DNA of 64,000 bases from an uncultured Verrucomicrobiae bacterium (GCA_963706955.1 CAVPOC010000003.1:672001-736000); one strand, 5' to 3'. Counted from the first letter of the stretch, positions 29,401 through 40,067 are shown. Numbers and translations are program-made. Notes: generated by a model from the sequence alone, not told the origin.

Positions 29401-32018
29401 GCTGTTGCGAAGGTTTCCTGCGCGTTCCAGAAAAACTGGACTTTATCGGCTTGACTCTCTCCTCTCCTGATCCCAAGCAGCACCGGAGCCATGGCGACGT
29501 TCTGTGTGGTTCCGCCGGTGATGGTTTGCCCATCAGGGCCGGTCACATCGACTCTCCAACTGACCTGGCAACGCGCGCGATTACCCGGATCTTTGAACGG
29601 CGCATCGCAACGGAGCACAACGCTGCCAGAACCATCCAGAACCGCTTCGCCCGCACTTTCTGCCGTGAAGTCCGGGCGTTTCGCATGCTCTGAATAAGAA
29701 TCGACGCGCGTCCAGTCATCCTCGCCACCGTCCTCGCCATCCGTCGAATCGCTGATCCATGTGGCTGTCCACTTCACAGGACTGCCCGCATTCGGAGCCC
29801 CGTGAAAATATTGTGATTGCACAGCAATGACCGACTCGGCCGGGTTCTTCGCAGCCAAGTTTTCGCAGATCACCGAGAAGGGCGGGTTTCTAAATTCCTG
29901 AATCTGAAAACGGGCTGGCGAGGTTGGTTGATCACCAACCACTGCCTTGAGGGTAAACTCTCCGACCGCCGAATCCATGGGCGGCATCCAGGTGCCATTC
30001 CACCCGCCTTCAGCATCCAGTTGAGCTTCACCACTCGCGAGCACTTCACCCGCATAGGCACGCTCGATCGTCCATTTGACTGCGCGGCCGAGCGGAATTT
30101 TCAGCGTCCCAGCTCGATCTTCACGGACGAATCCCTTGAACTGAATTGATTGGCCGGGACGATAGAGCGGCCGGTCAGTCAGCGTGTATGTTCGGAGCGC
30201 AGGAGGCGGACGGGCGCTGAGCGATCCTCCAGAAAATTGATCTGAAAGCGCGATCGGTTGAAGGGTTCCCTCGCAGAGAAAATATTTCGCCAAGGCAGTG
30301 ACCAGCATGTCGAAGGTTGCCAGTCCATTTTCATTGGTCGGAGAGCGGGCGATCTCGGTGAGGTCTTTGTCGAGCGCGGTGATGAACGACTTGTTCAGGG
30401 GGGTAGCGTCGCTCAAATTCGCGGCGCGGACGACGGAATGGCTTTTGGTGAGCTTGCGGGTGAGGGCGAGCTCGCCGAAGTAAATCACCGCCCGGTTACC
30501 GATGACCTTTCCTTGAAAATCTCGCCCGGTCACCTCCAGCAACTTCGCACCCGTGAGGACGGTGGAATCCCCAGGCTTCCAGGCAATCTCTCGCAAAACT
30601 TCTTTGTCCTCGCCCGCCGCGGGAACGTCTCCAGAGGCAATGACCGCAAGCCCCAGCTCGGAAATTAATGGTTGAGAGGTCTGGCGCTGAAACGTTCCCT
30701 CCTTCGTCCAAACCCGACGACCCTTCGAGTCTTCCAATAACGATTCAAATTCGCGTTCTCGCGAGAGAACTGACGGCAATTTGTCCAACGGCACATCCGC
30801 CAGCTTCCACTGGAGCTCGCTGGTATTCACCTGGTAGAAGGCGAACTTCAATCCAAGCACCGATCGTTGCCGGATTTGCTGAGCGGGAAAGAGGATCGCA
30901 CTTTCCTTGGGCCGAAAGCTGGCACCCCAGGTCTCCGATTTGAGAAGACCATATCCGGTCGTTCCCAGGATCTTATCAGAGACGGTCACCGAATAACGCG
31001 AGTTCGGCTTGAAGTCCCCCTCGGCGACCAGAAAGGAGCCATCCTTTCGAATGTCCAACCTAACAGCGGGCGAGATTTCCAGAGCATCCTGAGGCAGCTC
31101 CATGTCGCCCAGAGTTTGGCTGAACTTCACCTCGACCCTCGGAGTTTCGAGAGGGAAATTGCGCGCGACCACATAGTCGATCTGCAGAGAGCGGGTGGCG
31201 CCAATTGGGAAAACCTGCGGATACCGTAACGAGCGCCCGGCATAGGCGTCGCAAATACCATCCACCACCAGGTCGTAGCGACGACCGACGGGCAGCGATT
31301 GAAGCGGCCGGACACGAAAAACAGTTATCTCGTTAGCAGTTTCCTTCGCCTCGACGACTCGAGCGTCATCGGTCTTGCCCTCGGCAACATTCAGCAGGAT
31401 TTCTGCGGGAAACCTCTCTCGAGTGACCCGATCCTGAAACCAAACGCAATTCGCCGCGTCGGCAAGCCGCACGGGATAGTTGAACTCGAGGGGGACTTGT
31501 GGACTCGCGTTCAGGTTGTCGCGTTCACCGTAGCCTTCCTCAACCACTCGCAAAGGAGGGGTGGTCAGCTCAAGACCCCAAGCACTCACTTGCAAAGAAT
31601 TGCCGCTTTGATCGCGGGTACCCTCGCGCAAACGGAATCGATATGACTCGCCTGGGATCAATGGCCCTTTCACCATCAGCTCGCCTTGCGATTGGGTGCG
31701 CCAAATGAAAATAGTGTTGAGCGAAGGCGAAACCTCGATCGGCGACTCCAAGCCTTCGACATCAATCCTGTCCGGTGTCACCATCGCAGTAGGGAATGCA
31801 ACGGTCAGCAGGGTGCCCGGACGCAACGGCTCCTCCGCTCCATCGACGCTCAGTCCACCCCCACTCGGATCATTCGTAAACGGACGCTGATCGACGTCTT
31901 GCCGGATCGTAGGCTGGGGCGAGGGACGAGGCCAGAGCGACGGTCTGCTCTGGCTCGGCGGTTCCAGGGCGAGTAATGGACAAACCACCGCGAAGCTCGC
32001 AACTAGCACGCCTCTCAT
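26460..32018 (-). CDS. Bacterial alpha-2-macroglobulin family protein
   Basis: TDRPLYRPGQ, YAVDDSIL, PDNLTRFRVVA, thioester YPHGCLEQ, IEDPLPAGLEVVN; adjacent to pbpC. Confidence 0.92.
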   Translation of the reverse strand: MRGVLVASFAVVCPLLALEPPSQSRPSLWPRPSPQPTIRQDVDQRPFTNDPSGGGLSVDGAEEPLRPGTLLTVAFPTAMVTPDRIDVEGLESPIEVSPSLNTIFIWRTQSQGELMVKGPLIPGESYRFRLREGTRDQSGNSLQVSAWGLELTTPPLRVVEEGYGERDNLNASPQVPLEFNYPVRLADAANCVWFQDRVTRERFPAEILLNVAEGKTDDARVVEAKETANEITVFRVRPLQSLPVGRRYDLVVDGICDAYAGRSLRYPQVFPIGATRSLQIDYVVARNFPLETPRVEVKFSQTLGDMELPQDALEISPAVRLDIRKDGSFLVAEGDFKPNSRYSVTVSDKILGTTGYGLLKSETWGASFRPKESAILFPAQQIRQRSVLGLKFAFYQVNTSELQWKLADVPLDKLPSVLSREREFESLLEDSKGRRVWTKEGTFQRQTSQPLISELGLAVIASGDVPAAGEDKEVLREIAWKPGDSTVLTGAKLLEVTGRDFQGKVIGNRAVIYFGELALTRKLTKSHSVVRAANLSDATPLNKSFITALDKDLTEIARSPTNENGLATFDMLVTALAKYFLCEGTLQPIALSDQFSGGSLSARPPPALRTYTLTDRPLYRPGQSIQFKGFVREDRAGTLKIPLGRAVKWTIERAYAGEVLASGEAQLDAEGGWNGTWMPPMDSAVGEFTLKAVVGDQPTSPARFQIQEFRNPPFSVICENLAAKNPAESVIAVQSQYFHGAPNAGSPVKWTATWISDSTDGEDGGEDDWTRVDSYSEHAKRPDFTAESAGEAVLDGSGSVVLRCDAPFKDPGNRARCQVSWRVDVTGPDGQTITGGTTQNVAMAPVLLGIRRGESQADKVQFFWNAQETFATAPQAVNVQLFHVQTKSVKERLAPNVYRYRNFDQYELVEERQQVTEDSLEFTPRMPGRYVALISPLPGAPGFPVSEEAYLAGDEASEVPVQSDTSASVFSVKAGARENAKPWLVGEKAVLNVLAPSGGVAWVSVETDKLLDTFTAPLNGNTSRIEIPIRPEYEPNVFVSVYLLRPGGSDQLAGEMYGYDQLAVQAPDRALEVSIRTSRPEYEPREKVLGEVTVKAAGRPVAGADLLIYAVDDSILTLGGWNLPRMLADFFPARHFAVVTYSALKAYVDKIVPSWLTMKGFVAGDAGAEQFGNVAFTRKEFKPLILWRPSVRTNAKGVARFECEAPDNLTRFRVVAIGQTRNSQFGAGDATFAVSKKLLIEPALPRFLREGDQVELRAVARQKVSDSEQLTVRCTVGGDLELEGTAQEEVSAARDTPAIVRFKARARSTGWANVKFEATSAAKLMDAVEVTLPVAEPAILQKESVSGLVTGSDLSAHEVMLPAWRQGRGTFQLAVSTTPWLSKLVGLPFLLEYPHGCLEQKSSRLLAYTSLGGLLEYLPEVQARRASYEHVIGETLREFEAALLPDGRLPYWAGGTEPNDFVTIQTAWCVRQAEQAGFAVPERLSSELAGAVEKMVSAQMALSPTLRAFAIFALSDAEEEASAIAASAATELFLQRDKLSGEGKAMLAIAMHHLGLEQEKQRVLISELPSDFTTISFNPETFASATRTEALCGWARLLVEPEKSAEAIRDRLFKLTESSASLSTQENLWLLVTFNAIMRATPLAQLAGIDPPPETFSANRTAGSWSKQDLARLADFAVTGLQPGGSYVLKAEYRPPGRQVAPVARGLSIDRVTKNLTNPSRDGSDRAPYQLGDQILISYRISSEKPQSYVVIEDPLPAGLEVVNPNLDLFGKFYGLPAQAESETADLSHSEMRDQQTNLYFDELPAGTRSYSVLARATAGGAFVWPATQISPMYDSRFFGRSASSECHVAAP

Positions 32019-33386
32019 CGGACAGCTCCCGTCTCGAGCTGCTGGGCGCGCGCGAGATCTTCTTGGGAGTCGGCGTAACGCTCGAGGCGTTGAAGGATGG
32101 CAGCCCTTTGCCTATAGAAGCGCGCTTGCGGCTTCGCCGCGATTGCCCTGTCGGAGAACGCGAGCGCCAACTCCAGCTGCGAAGCACCCAAGGCCGCCTC
32201 TGCCAGGCCGCTTAGAGAGTCCGCGAGCACCTCGGGAGCGGATTTCGCCGACTCCACCATCCTCAACTCGGCAATCGCCTCTTCGATTTTGCCGAGCTTG
32301 GCCAGAGCGGACATCTTTGCCGCGCGCGCAGTTGCCCTGCTGGGATCGAGGGAAAGCGCGGACTGGGCGTCGCGCAAGGCGAGCAGCCCCTGCTGCGCTT
32401 TCTCGCGGAGCTCGACGCTCCGCCCGAGCAAGGCGGAGACATCCTTCGGATCTTTGGAAATTTGCCGGTCCAGCCGCCAGAGATCGTCCAGGAGCGGTCA
32501 GGGTCGGGATCGGCTTCGATACGTCAACCTCGAGCTTTTCGCGCGCGTCCTTGGCCGAAAGCCGACCTGTGCGACTCGATGCTTCGGCGAAAAGAATCAG
32601 CGCGGCCACAGAATGTGGATCGACGTTCCGCGCAGCCTCGGCGTCGTTGAACGCAGCGCCATTCGCGGCGTCTGTCGAAAGATACCAGTAGGCTCGCGAA
32701 ATGAGCGCGGCCGAATCCCCTGGCTGTTCCGCAAGGACGTTGCTCGCCGCCCGAATCCCGGCGACGGCCGTCCGCAAACGATCAAAGGATGGCCGATTGT
32801 TTACCACGCTTTCATTCTCCGGGTCGGTCCGATCCGCGGCTTCGAAATCCCTCAGCGCGCCCGCGAAATCCTGCAAGCGGCGCCGTGCCCCGGCGCGCGC
32901 GACCAGCAAACTGGCATCCGTTTCCACGCCTGGAGCCTTGCTCAGTAGATCCACAGCCTTCTTTGGCTCGCCCATCTTATCGAGATAGCCGGCCAATCGA
33001 CGGGTCATCCCCAAGTCTTCGGGATGCTCAGCGAGATAGCGCTCCAGCAGTGCGACCGCTTCGGTCTTCTTGCCCTCGCGAACGAAAAGAACCGTCGCTA
33101 GAACCTTCGCGCGGAGCGCCGCTGGAGCCTGCTGCCAATCGCGCACGATGCTCTCGGCCATTTCCAAGTCGTCGATCGACAACCAGAGGTCGGCCAAGCG
33201 CGCGCGCAGGGCGGTGTCACGAGGCTCCTGTTCGAGGATGCGCCGGATCAATTCAATTTGCGCATAGGTGTCCTCGTCCTTTTCCGCGAGCGCGAGCTGC
33301 TCGCGCAACGAGAGCCCGGCCGCCGTGTGACCAAGCGCCATGAACAGGACAAGAACCAGCGTGAAAGCCCAATGACCCATCTTCAT
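32015..33386 (-). CDS. Exported TPR protein, split by a +1 frameshift near 32495
   Basis: Signal peptide MKMGHWAFTLVLVLF; TPR helices continue in the shifted frame (LLDDLWRLDRQISKDPKDVSALLGRSVE...); stop overlaps the A2M start. Confidence 0.75.
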
Positions 33387-33655
33387 TGATACGAAGCTCC
33401 GGGAATATTTTTCAGGTCCGGAGATCTGGCGCCTCAGGCAGTCAAGCAAGCCGCTGTCGAGGGTGGCAGGGGTTTGGCGCTCAAAGGTCGATGAAAGACA
33501 GGCAAATAGCGCACAGGACCATCCTAACAGTTTCGCATCGGTGTCTCACTTTTGCGGGTTTTCCAAACCCGGTATCCACATTATTCGATCGGGCGCCAAA
33601 CTTCAATTGCACAACACGTCGGCGAAAGCGCCGCAGCATCTCGAGGCAGTTACAA

Positions 33656-35152
33656 TCAGACCTGTTGCTCGTTGAGGCGGAGAATCTGGTTCGAACGCGA
33701 AACCACCGCTTCAGCAAGTTTGGCATCCTTTGCCAAAGATTCGCCGAAAGATGAAATCATCTGCTTGATTTTTCCCGGCCAATCAGCCGCTGCCATTTGA
33801 TCCTTAAAACAGCGCCCGAGCAGTTGAAGCATGATCGAGACAGATGTCGATGCTCCCGGCGATGCGCCAAGCAGCGCAGCCATCGAGCCGTCCGACGAGC
33901 TCACCACTTCAGTGCCGAATTGGAGAACCCCGCCATGCTCAGGGTCTTTCTTGATGATCTGAACGCGTTGACCGGCAACTTCCAGGCGCCAATCCTGCTT
34001 CTTTGCGGTGGGAACGAACTCTTTTAAAACGGCGAGACGATCCTTCGGAGATTGGAGCACCTGACCAATCAGGTATCGAGTCAGATCGACGTTGTCCTTC
34101 CCTGCTGCCAGCAGCGGCAAGAGATTGTCCAGCTTTACCGATTCCGCGAGGTCGAGCAGGGAGCCATGTTTGAGGAACTTGGTGGAGAAGCCGGCGTAGG
34201 GACCAAAAAGCAGCGATCTCTTGCCGTCGATCACTCGTGTATCGAGGTGAGGAACCGACATCGGAGGTGAGCCCACTGCCGCTTTTCCGTAAACTTTCGC
34301 GTTGTGGCGGTCCACGATCGCCGCCTTGTCGCAGCGCAGCCATTGACCGCTCACCGGAAAACCACCAAAACCCTTTCCTTCTGGGATATCCGACTTCTGC
34401 AAAAGCGGTAACGCCCCACCGCCGGCGCCAAGGAATACAAAACTCGCGTTGGCAGTCCGCTTGCTGCCATCTGCTTTGTTCTGAATATGGACATGCCAAA
34501 GTCCATCCGAGCCGCGATGCAACCCGTGGACTCTCTGGTTGAGGTGGACGGTTACGCCCTCCTGAGCACTGAGCCACTCGATCATGGACCGCGTCAACGA
34601 ACCAAAGTTCACATCCGTCCCGAGCAAGGCGCGTGTTGCGGCCACGGCTTCGCCCTGATCACGCCCCTCCATGACGAGCGGCATCCATTCTGCGAGCACC
34701 TGACGGTCCTCCGAATACTCCATCCTGGAGAAGAGATGATGTTGGCGCAGCTCCTGAAAACGTTTGCGGAGAAAATCTACGTTTTCTCCGCCGCGTACGA
34801 AACTGACATGGGGCACCGCCCGGATGAATGCCTCCGGCGCCTGCAAAACGCCCGCTTGCACCAAGTAAGACCAAAATTGTTTGGAGACTTCGAAGGATTC
34901 GTTGATGCTGAGAGCCTTCGAGACATCCACGGAGCCATCTTCACGTTGCGGGGTGTAGTTCAACTCGCAAAGCGCTGCGTGACCGGTGCCCGCATTATTC
35001 CAAGCATTCGAACTCTCGCCGGCTATCAAATCAAGACTCTCTAGAATTTCAATCGTCCCCCTGGGATTCAGCTGTTTGAGCAACATTCCCAAGGTGGCGC
35101 TCATAATTCCAGCGCCGACGAGGACAACGTCTGGGCGAGTCTGCTCTCTCAT
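33656..35152 (-). CDS. mqo: Malate:quinone oxidoreductase
   Basis: DVVLVGAGIMSATL, WNNAGTGHAALCELNYT, PPMSVPHLDTR, AGQRVQIIK, LLGASPGASTSV. Confidence 0.96.
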   Translation of the reverse strand: MREQTRPDVVLVGAGIMSATLGMLLKQLNPRGTIEILESLDLIAGESSNAWNNAGTGHAALCELNYTPQREDGSVDVSKALSINESFEVSKQFWSYLVQAGVLQAPEAFIRAVPHVSFVRGGENVDFLRKRFQELRQHHLFSRMEYSEDRQVLAEWMPLVMEGRDQGEAVAATRALLGTDVNFGSLTRSMIEWLSAQEGVTVHLNQRVHGLHRGSDGLWHVHIQNKADGSKRTANASFVFLGAGGGALPLLQKSDIPEGKGFGGFPVSGQWLRCDKAAIVDRHNAKVYGKAAVGSPPMSVPHLDTRVIDGKRSLLFGPYAGFSTKFLKHGSLLDLAESVKLDNLLPLLAAGKDNVDLTRYLIGQVLQSPKDRLAVLKEFVPTAKKQDWRLEVAGQRVQIIKKDPEHGGVLQFGTEVVSSSDGSMAALLGASPGASTSVSIMLQLLGRCFKDQMAAADWPGKIKQMISSFGESLAKDAKLAEAVVSRSNQILRLNEQQV

Positions 35153-35307
35153 GTTTAACTCCCAAGTCGTCCGAAAGCCGAGATCCTGCTCACTCCTTCG
35201 CAGAACGACCGACTTCTTGGATAGCAATCTCCGGGAACCATTGACAAGCCGCGATTAGAGCACTTTCTACTCGTCCGCGATTCTCGGTCGAGACCGCTAG
35301 ATGGCGC

Positions 35308-35685
35308 TTACTGCTCGACGCCCGGCGCGAGTCTCGTCTGCGGCAAATTGTTCGAGCCCCAATCCGCGATTCCTCGCACCAGTTTGCCCAACAACTTCCC
35401 GCTTCTCGTCAAGGAGTATTGAACCCTGCGCCCATCCCGATCGTCGCCTTTCCTGACAACAAAACCAAGATCCTCGAGGCCCTTGAGGCGCGACGACAAA
35501 ATGTTCGTGGCGATGCGCTCCTCCGAGGCCAGGAACTCGTCAAAACGCCTCTTGCCGAGGAGAAGGTCCCGCACAATGAGCAGGCTCCATCGGTCTCCCA
35601 CCAGATCAAGCGTACAGGCAATGGGACAATTCGATCTTCGTTGCCGGCCAGCCCCTCTATAGCGGCGTCGCATGCCACCCACCAT
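35308..35685 (-). CDS. HxlR family winged-helix regulator
   Basis: CPIACTLDLVGDRWSLLIVRDL...IATNILSSRLK...YSLT. Confidence 0.9.
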   Translation of the reverse strand: MVGGMRRRYRGAGRQRRSNCPIACTLDLVGDRWSLLIVRDLLLGKRRFDEFLASEERIATNILSSRLKGLEDLGFVVRKGDDRDGRRVQYSLTRSGKLLGKLVRGIADWGSNNLPQTRLAPGVEQ

Positions 35686-35769
35686 CCAACGGGTTTAGTT
35701 GCATTTCGCAATCAAAAAGTGCCCGAATCACTTGCCCGAAAGCATTTACCGGATTGGTCTCAAATGGTC

Positions 35770-36399
35770 TTAACGCGATCCATAGCTGATCATGGCGATC
35801 AACACGCAGGCGAGATTCATGATCGCGGAAAAGATCGCCAGAGCCACGAATACCCTTCCTGCCAGCCATCGAACGCTCAGAATCGCCAGCAGGATTGAAC
35901 AAGGAAGGAGAATGAGCGAAGGAACCGCGGCCGTTATCGCTTCTCCGCTCGTGAAGGAGGGGACCGTCTTCATCCCGGCGGCGAAGATCATCAGGAGCGC
36001 CCAAACCGCCGCCAGCACCGCGATCACGAAAACCCCGAGGATCGCCCATCTGACGAAGCTCGCGCCCGAGATCACGGGGAGCGCCTGCACCGCTGTGCGC
36101 GAGCGTTCACCGATCGTACCTCGCGCACTTGCCAGTAAGATCCAGCCGGCCGTCAGCAAGCCTAGGCCAAGGTAGCGCAGAATGCCGGAGGCCCAGAAAA
36201 GAAAGGAGAGCTTTCCAGGATCGAGGACGATCATGAAGAGCGATAGCAGGCTGGCGAGCGTTTCGATGCCGAGACTTGCGCACAGAAGAGTCAACCCCAC
36301 ATGGGAATAGCGGCTCGCCGCCTTGACCGAGAACCCGAAGGCGATCGTCGCGATCAAAAGGCTCAACCCCAAATGCCAGAGAGAAAAGGAAACGTCCAT
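35770..36399 (-). CDS. Hypothetical membrane protein
   Basis: 209 aa with about 6 hydrophobic segments. Confidence 0.6.
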   Translation of the reverse strand: MDVSFSLWHLGLSLLIATIAFGFSVKAASRYSHVGLTLLCASLGIETLASLLSLFMIVLDPGKLSFLFWASGILRYLGLGLLTAGWILLASARGTIGERSRTAVQALPVISGASFVRWAILGVFVIAVLAAVWALLMIFAAGMKTVPSFTSGEAITAAVPSLILLPCSILLAILSVRWLAGRVFVALAIFSAIMNLACVLIAMISYGSR

Positions 36400-36531
36400 G
36401 CTGCCGTTCGAATTACCAAAAAACTCCCAGGAAATACAGTCAGCGGTATTCTAGATTGGGAACCGCAACGATCTTCTCCAGGAACAATCCTGGAGGCTGG
36501 CAAATTCTGCCAGCGCACTTAGGTTTGCCCG

Positions 36532-38689
36532 GTGATCTTTTCGGAAAACAAACAACTCTTCGGATTCGATGGCATGGAGCGAATCGTGGCGGTCGAGTTC
36601 TCCGTCCCGAATCAGATCGACATCTTCGTGCGCGAACCGGACGGCTCGACTTCCATTCGTCGGGAAGAGTTTTCACCGTTTCTTTGGACGTCGTCCGCGG
36701 GCATCCCGTTGGAGGGGGCGTTGACCCTTGATCAGCTGATGACGTTTCCCGACTGGCGAAGTTATCAGGAGGCACGGTCGCGCCTTGCCAAGGAAGGAAC
36801 ACCCCTCTTTGCCTTCAACGATCCCGTCCAGCAATACCTTACCTTCTCAGGGCGCACACTTTTCAAGAGTATGCGCTTTGAGGATCTCCGGCGGCTGCAA
36901 ATCAGCGTCCAAACTAGCAGTTTCCGGCGCCGACCGTGATACGCTCACCGCCATTATTCTTAGCGATAGCGACGGCTGGGAGCAAATCCTGCTCGTGGAG
37001 AGCGAGTCTTCGGAATCTGAACGCACCGCTCTCGAAACTCTCACCGCTATAATCCAGGAGCGAGATCCGGACGTAATTGAAGGCCACAATCTCTTCAAGT
37101 GTGACCTGCCGCTTCTCCTCACGCGCGCGAAGAAATTGAAAGTTCGACTGGCGTGGGGACGCGACGGCTCCCCACTTAGCTCACGACCGTCACGGCTGCA
37201 AATTGCCGAGAAGCTAATCCAGTATCCTAAGTTCATGGTGCGCGGACGCCATATCGCGGATACCTGGCTTCTGGCGCAGTTTTACGACGTCTCCTCGCGA
37301 GAGCTGGAAAGCTTCAGTCTGGAAAATATCGCCCGCCATTTTCGCGTTTCCGAGAAAGGTCGCGTGTCTCTCGCCCCCGAAACGATCCACCGCGCGAGCC
37401 TCGAGGATCCGGAAGCCTTCCGCACTTACGCGCTCCAGAATGTCCGGGAAGCGCGCTCGCTGGCGGGAATCCTAAGCCGCAGCTACTTCGTTCAAGCGCA
37501 AATTTTCCCTTACAATTATCAGGATGTCATCATCCGCGGGAACGCCACAAAGATCGATGCCTTGTTCCTCCGCGAATACTTACGCCGCCGCCATTCGATT
37601 CCAGACTTTCCGGAAGTGCGACCTTTTGAGGGTGGCTACACCGACATCTTTCACACCGGGGTAATCGAAGGGGTTTGGCATTGCGATGTAACCTCCCTCT
37701 ATCCTTCGTTGATGCTGGCCTTTGGCTATCTGCCGAAAAACGACGCTTTGGGTGTGCTCGAAGGGATGCTGCGAGATCTTCGCGCGTTTCGAGTCGAAGC
37801 GAAGAACGCTCTTCGCGCGGCGGCGGATCCGCTCGAGCGGGGCACGCTGGACGCCCTTCAGGGAACATTCAAGATCCTCATCAATTCGATCTATGGATAT
37901 CTTGGGTTTGCTCAGGGCCACTTTGCGGATTTCGATGCTGCGGAGAACGTAACCGCCAAGGGGCGCGAAATCCTTAGGTGCATGGTCAAATGGCTGGATG
38001 AGCGCGGCGCGAAAGTTATCGAGATCGACACCGATGGCATTTACTTTCGCCCGCCAGATGGAGTCGTCATCGATGATCTCCGGCGAGGACTAACCGCCCA
38101 ACTGCCGCCTGGCATTGAAGTCGAATTAGACAAGCGCTATCCGGCAATGTTTAGCTACAAGGCAAAGAACTATGCCCTCCTCGACGAGTCGGGTGCGCTG
38201 ATCATTAAGGGGGGTGCACTCAAGTCACGTGGCATGGAGCGCTACCTTCGAGATTATCTCGAAGAGTTTCTCCGGTTGCTACTCAACGGCGAACCGGAGA
38301 AGGCCGCGCTCCTGCGCGAAGAGGTGTCACTGAGAATCCGCCGACGCGAAATGCCCATCGCCGCGCTCGCGAAAACAGAAGCCTTGCAAGATTCGGTCGC
38401 CTCTTACACGAAAAAGATTACCGCCTCCTCACGGAATCGCTCGGCCGCCTTCGAACTCGCCATCAAAAGCGGGCGAAACTATCAGGCAGGAGACCAAATC
38501 AGTTATTATATAACCGGAGCAACCAGGAAGGTTACGGCTTACGAGAATGCAAGACTGATTTCGGAGTGGAATCCCGAAGCCCGTGACGAAAATGTCGACT
38601 ATTATGTGAGCAAGTTGGATGAACTGGCCGCACGGTTTATGGAGTTTGCTTCCAAGCGTCCGGTGCAAGCCGACCTTTTTGCGTCTTGA
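36532..38689 (+). CDS. Family B DNA polymerase, +1 frameshift near 36921
   Basis: Polymerase motifs DVTSLYPS, KILINSIYG, IDTDG, KNYA; N-terminal domain in ORF 36532-36939 joins ORF 36785-38689. Confidence 0.88.
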
Positions 38690-38738
38690 GAAGCGAGAAT
38701 CGCTCTATTATGAATTCTTGCCACTCGCCTAAGCAAGG

Positions 38739-39974
38739 ATGGCAAGGTCTAAATATTCGCCTCGGAGCGAAATCGAAAGGCCGCTGAACGTATTCGCGAC
38801 GTTCCGCCGCGATGCGTCCGAGACCAGAGCCAGCTCGAAAACCGCCCCAACGAGCAATCTCCCAGTCCTGACAATGTCGAGTCTGGGACAGTTGGGTCGA
38901 TTCGGAAACCAGATTTTTCAGTATGCCTTTCTAAGGATTTGTGCAAATGAGAGCGGCGCCACGGTGGAATGTCCTCCCTGGATCGGTCAGAAACTCTTTG
39001 GGCACGCGGATGCCCCCATCTCGCGCCGTTTGCGCCCAGCGATTGAACGCGGAGAATTTGTTGAAAGCCTCTTCGACCTGATTCCCGAGTTCGTGCCTTA
39101 TCTGGAGAGACTCGCCGAGTTGGAGAGTTCTCGAATCGGTTCCGAAGCCCTGAGGAATGCTCCGCAAAATGTAGATCTCTGGGGGTTCTTTCAGTGGCCC
39201 ACGTACCTCCTCAAACCACATCGGGAGTTCTTTTGCTCTCTGTTCGAGCCGGTTCCAGACCTCCGCACGCCGTTGGACCGGGCCCTCGAGAGCCTCCATT
39301 CCAAAGCCAAGACGATTGTTGGAATCCATGTTCGGCGAGGTGATTTCATCACCGAGCCACGAACGGGATTTGCGCTTGTTTTCCCCGCCAAATGGTATCG
39401 CGAGTGGCTCGAGAGTGTCTGGCAACAATTAGATCAGCCTCTTCTCTACGTGTGCAGTGATGACCTCGATACGCTCCTTCCAGAATTTCAAAGCTTCTCG
39501 CCGATGACCTGGCGAGACTTGCAGCTCAACCTTCCTGAAGGTCTGGGTGACCTGGCATTTTACATCGACTTCTTCATTCTGAGTCGTTGCGAAGTGGTAT
39601 GCATTAGTAACAGCACCTTTAGCTTCGCAGCTTGTATGTTAAATACGAACGGTCGGATCTTCATCCGTCCCCACTGGGACCTCTCCTCAAGATTTACACC
39701 GTTCGACCCCTGGAACAGTCAACCTGTTTTGTGGTTTGGTGGCCCCAAAGCAAAGTTCCTCAAGAGTTCATGGAATGTCTTGCGCTTGGCCTACCGCACC
39801 CAGGGATTCGCCGCGGTCCTGAGGAACATATTTTACTATCTTCCGAAAAGCCACCTTAAGGTTTTCGCGCTTCGCATTTACTTGGCCTATCAAATGAAAG
39901 GCGTTGCCGGCGTTGGCAAAAGCATCTTGTGCACCTTGGGTTGGCGCTCTCTCTGGGAAAAAAAACGAAGATAG
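38739..39974 (+). CDS. GT11-like alpha-1,2-fucosyltransferase
   Basis: GRFGNQIFQYA, GIHVRRGDF, ISNSTFS motifs. Confidence 0.8.
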   Translation: MARSKYSPRSEIERPLNVFATFRRDASETRASSKTAPTSNLPVLTMSSLGQLGRFGNQIFQYAFLRICANESGATVECPPWIGQKLFGHADAPISRRLRPAIERGEFVESLFDLIPEFVPYLERLAELESSRIGSEALRNAPQNVDLWGFFQWPTYLLKPHREFFCSLFEPVPDLRTPLDRALESLHSKAKTIVGIHVRRGDFITEPRTGFALVFPAKWYREWLESVWQQLDQPLLYVCSDDLDTLLPEFQSFSPMTWRDLQLNLPEGLGDLAFYIDFFILSRCEVVCISNSTFSFAACMLNTNGRIFIRPHWDLSSRFTPFDPWNSQPVLWFGGPKAKFLKSSWNVLRLAYRTQGFAAVLRNIFYYLPKSHLKVFALRIYLAYQMKGVAGVGKSILCTLGWRSLWEKKRR

Positions 39975-40067
39975 CTTTTTACCGAGTCGAGCGGCTGCGC
40001 ACTGATCCTTCCGGAACAATGGTCTTCTCTCCGGAGTTCTGCAAACCGACACCTGGGCGTTCCGTGC

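Noticed and set aside
32112..32490. Arg/Ala/Gly-rich C-terminus of the 445-aa ORF
   Set aside because: Out-of-frame read after the frameshift; the alternative frame gives TPR-like helices and couples to A2M.
36532..38689. Prophage, casposon or pipolin implied by PolB
   Set aside because: No integrase, Cas1, capsid genes or terminal repeats nearby; the flanks are ordinary cellular genes.
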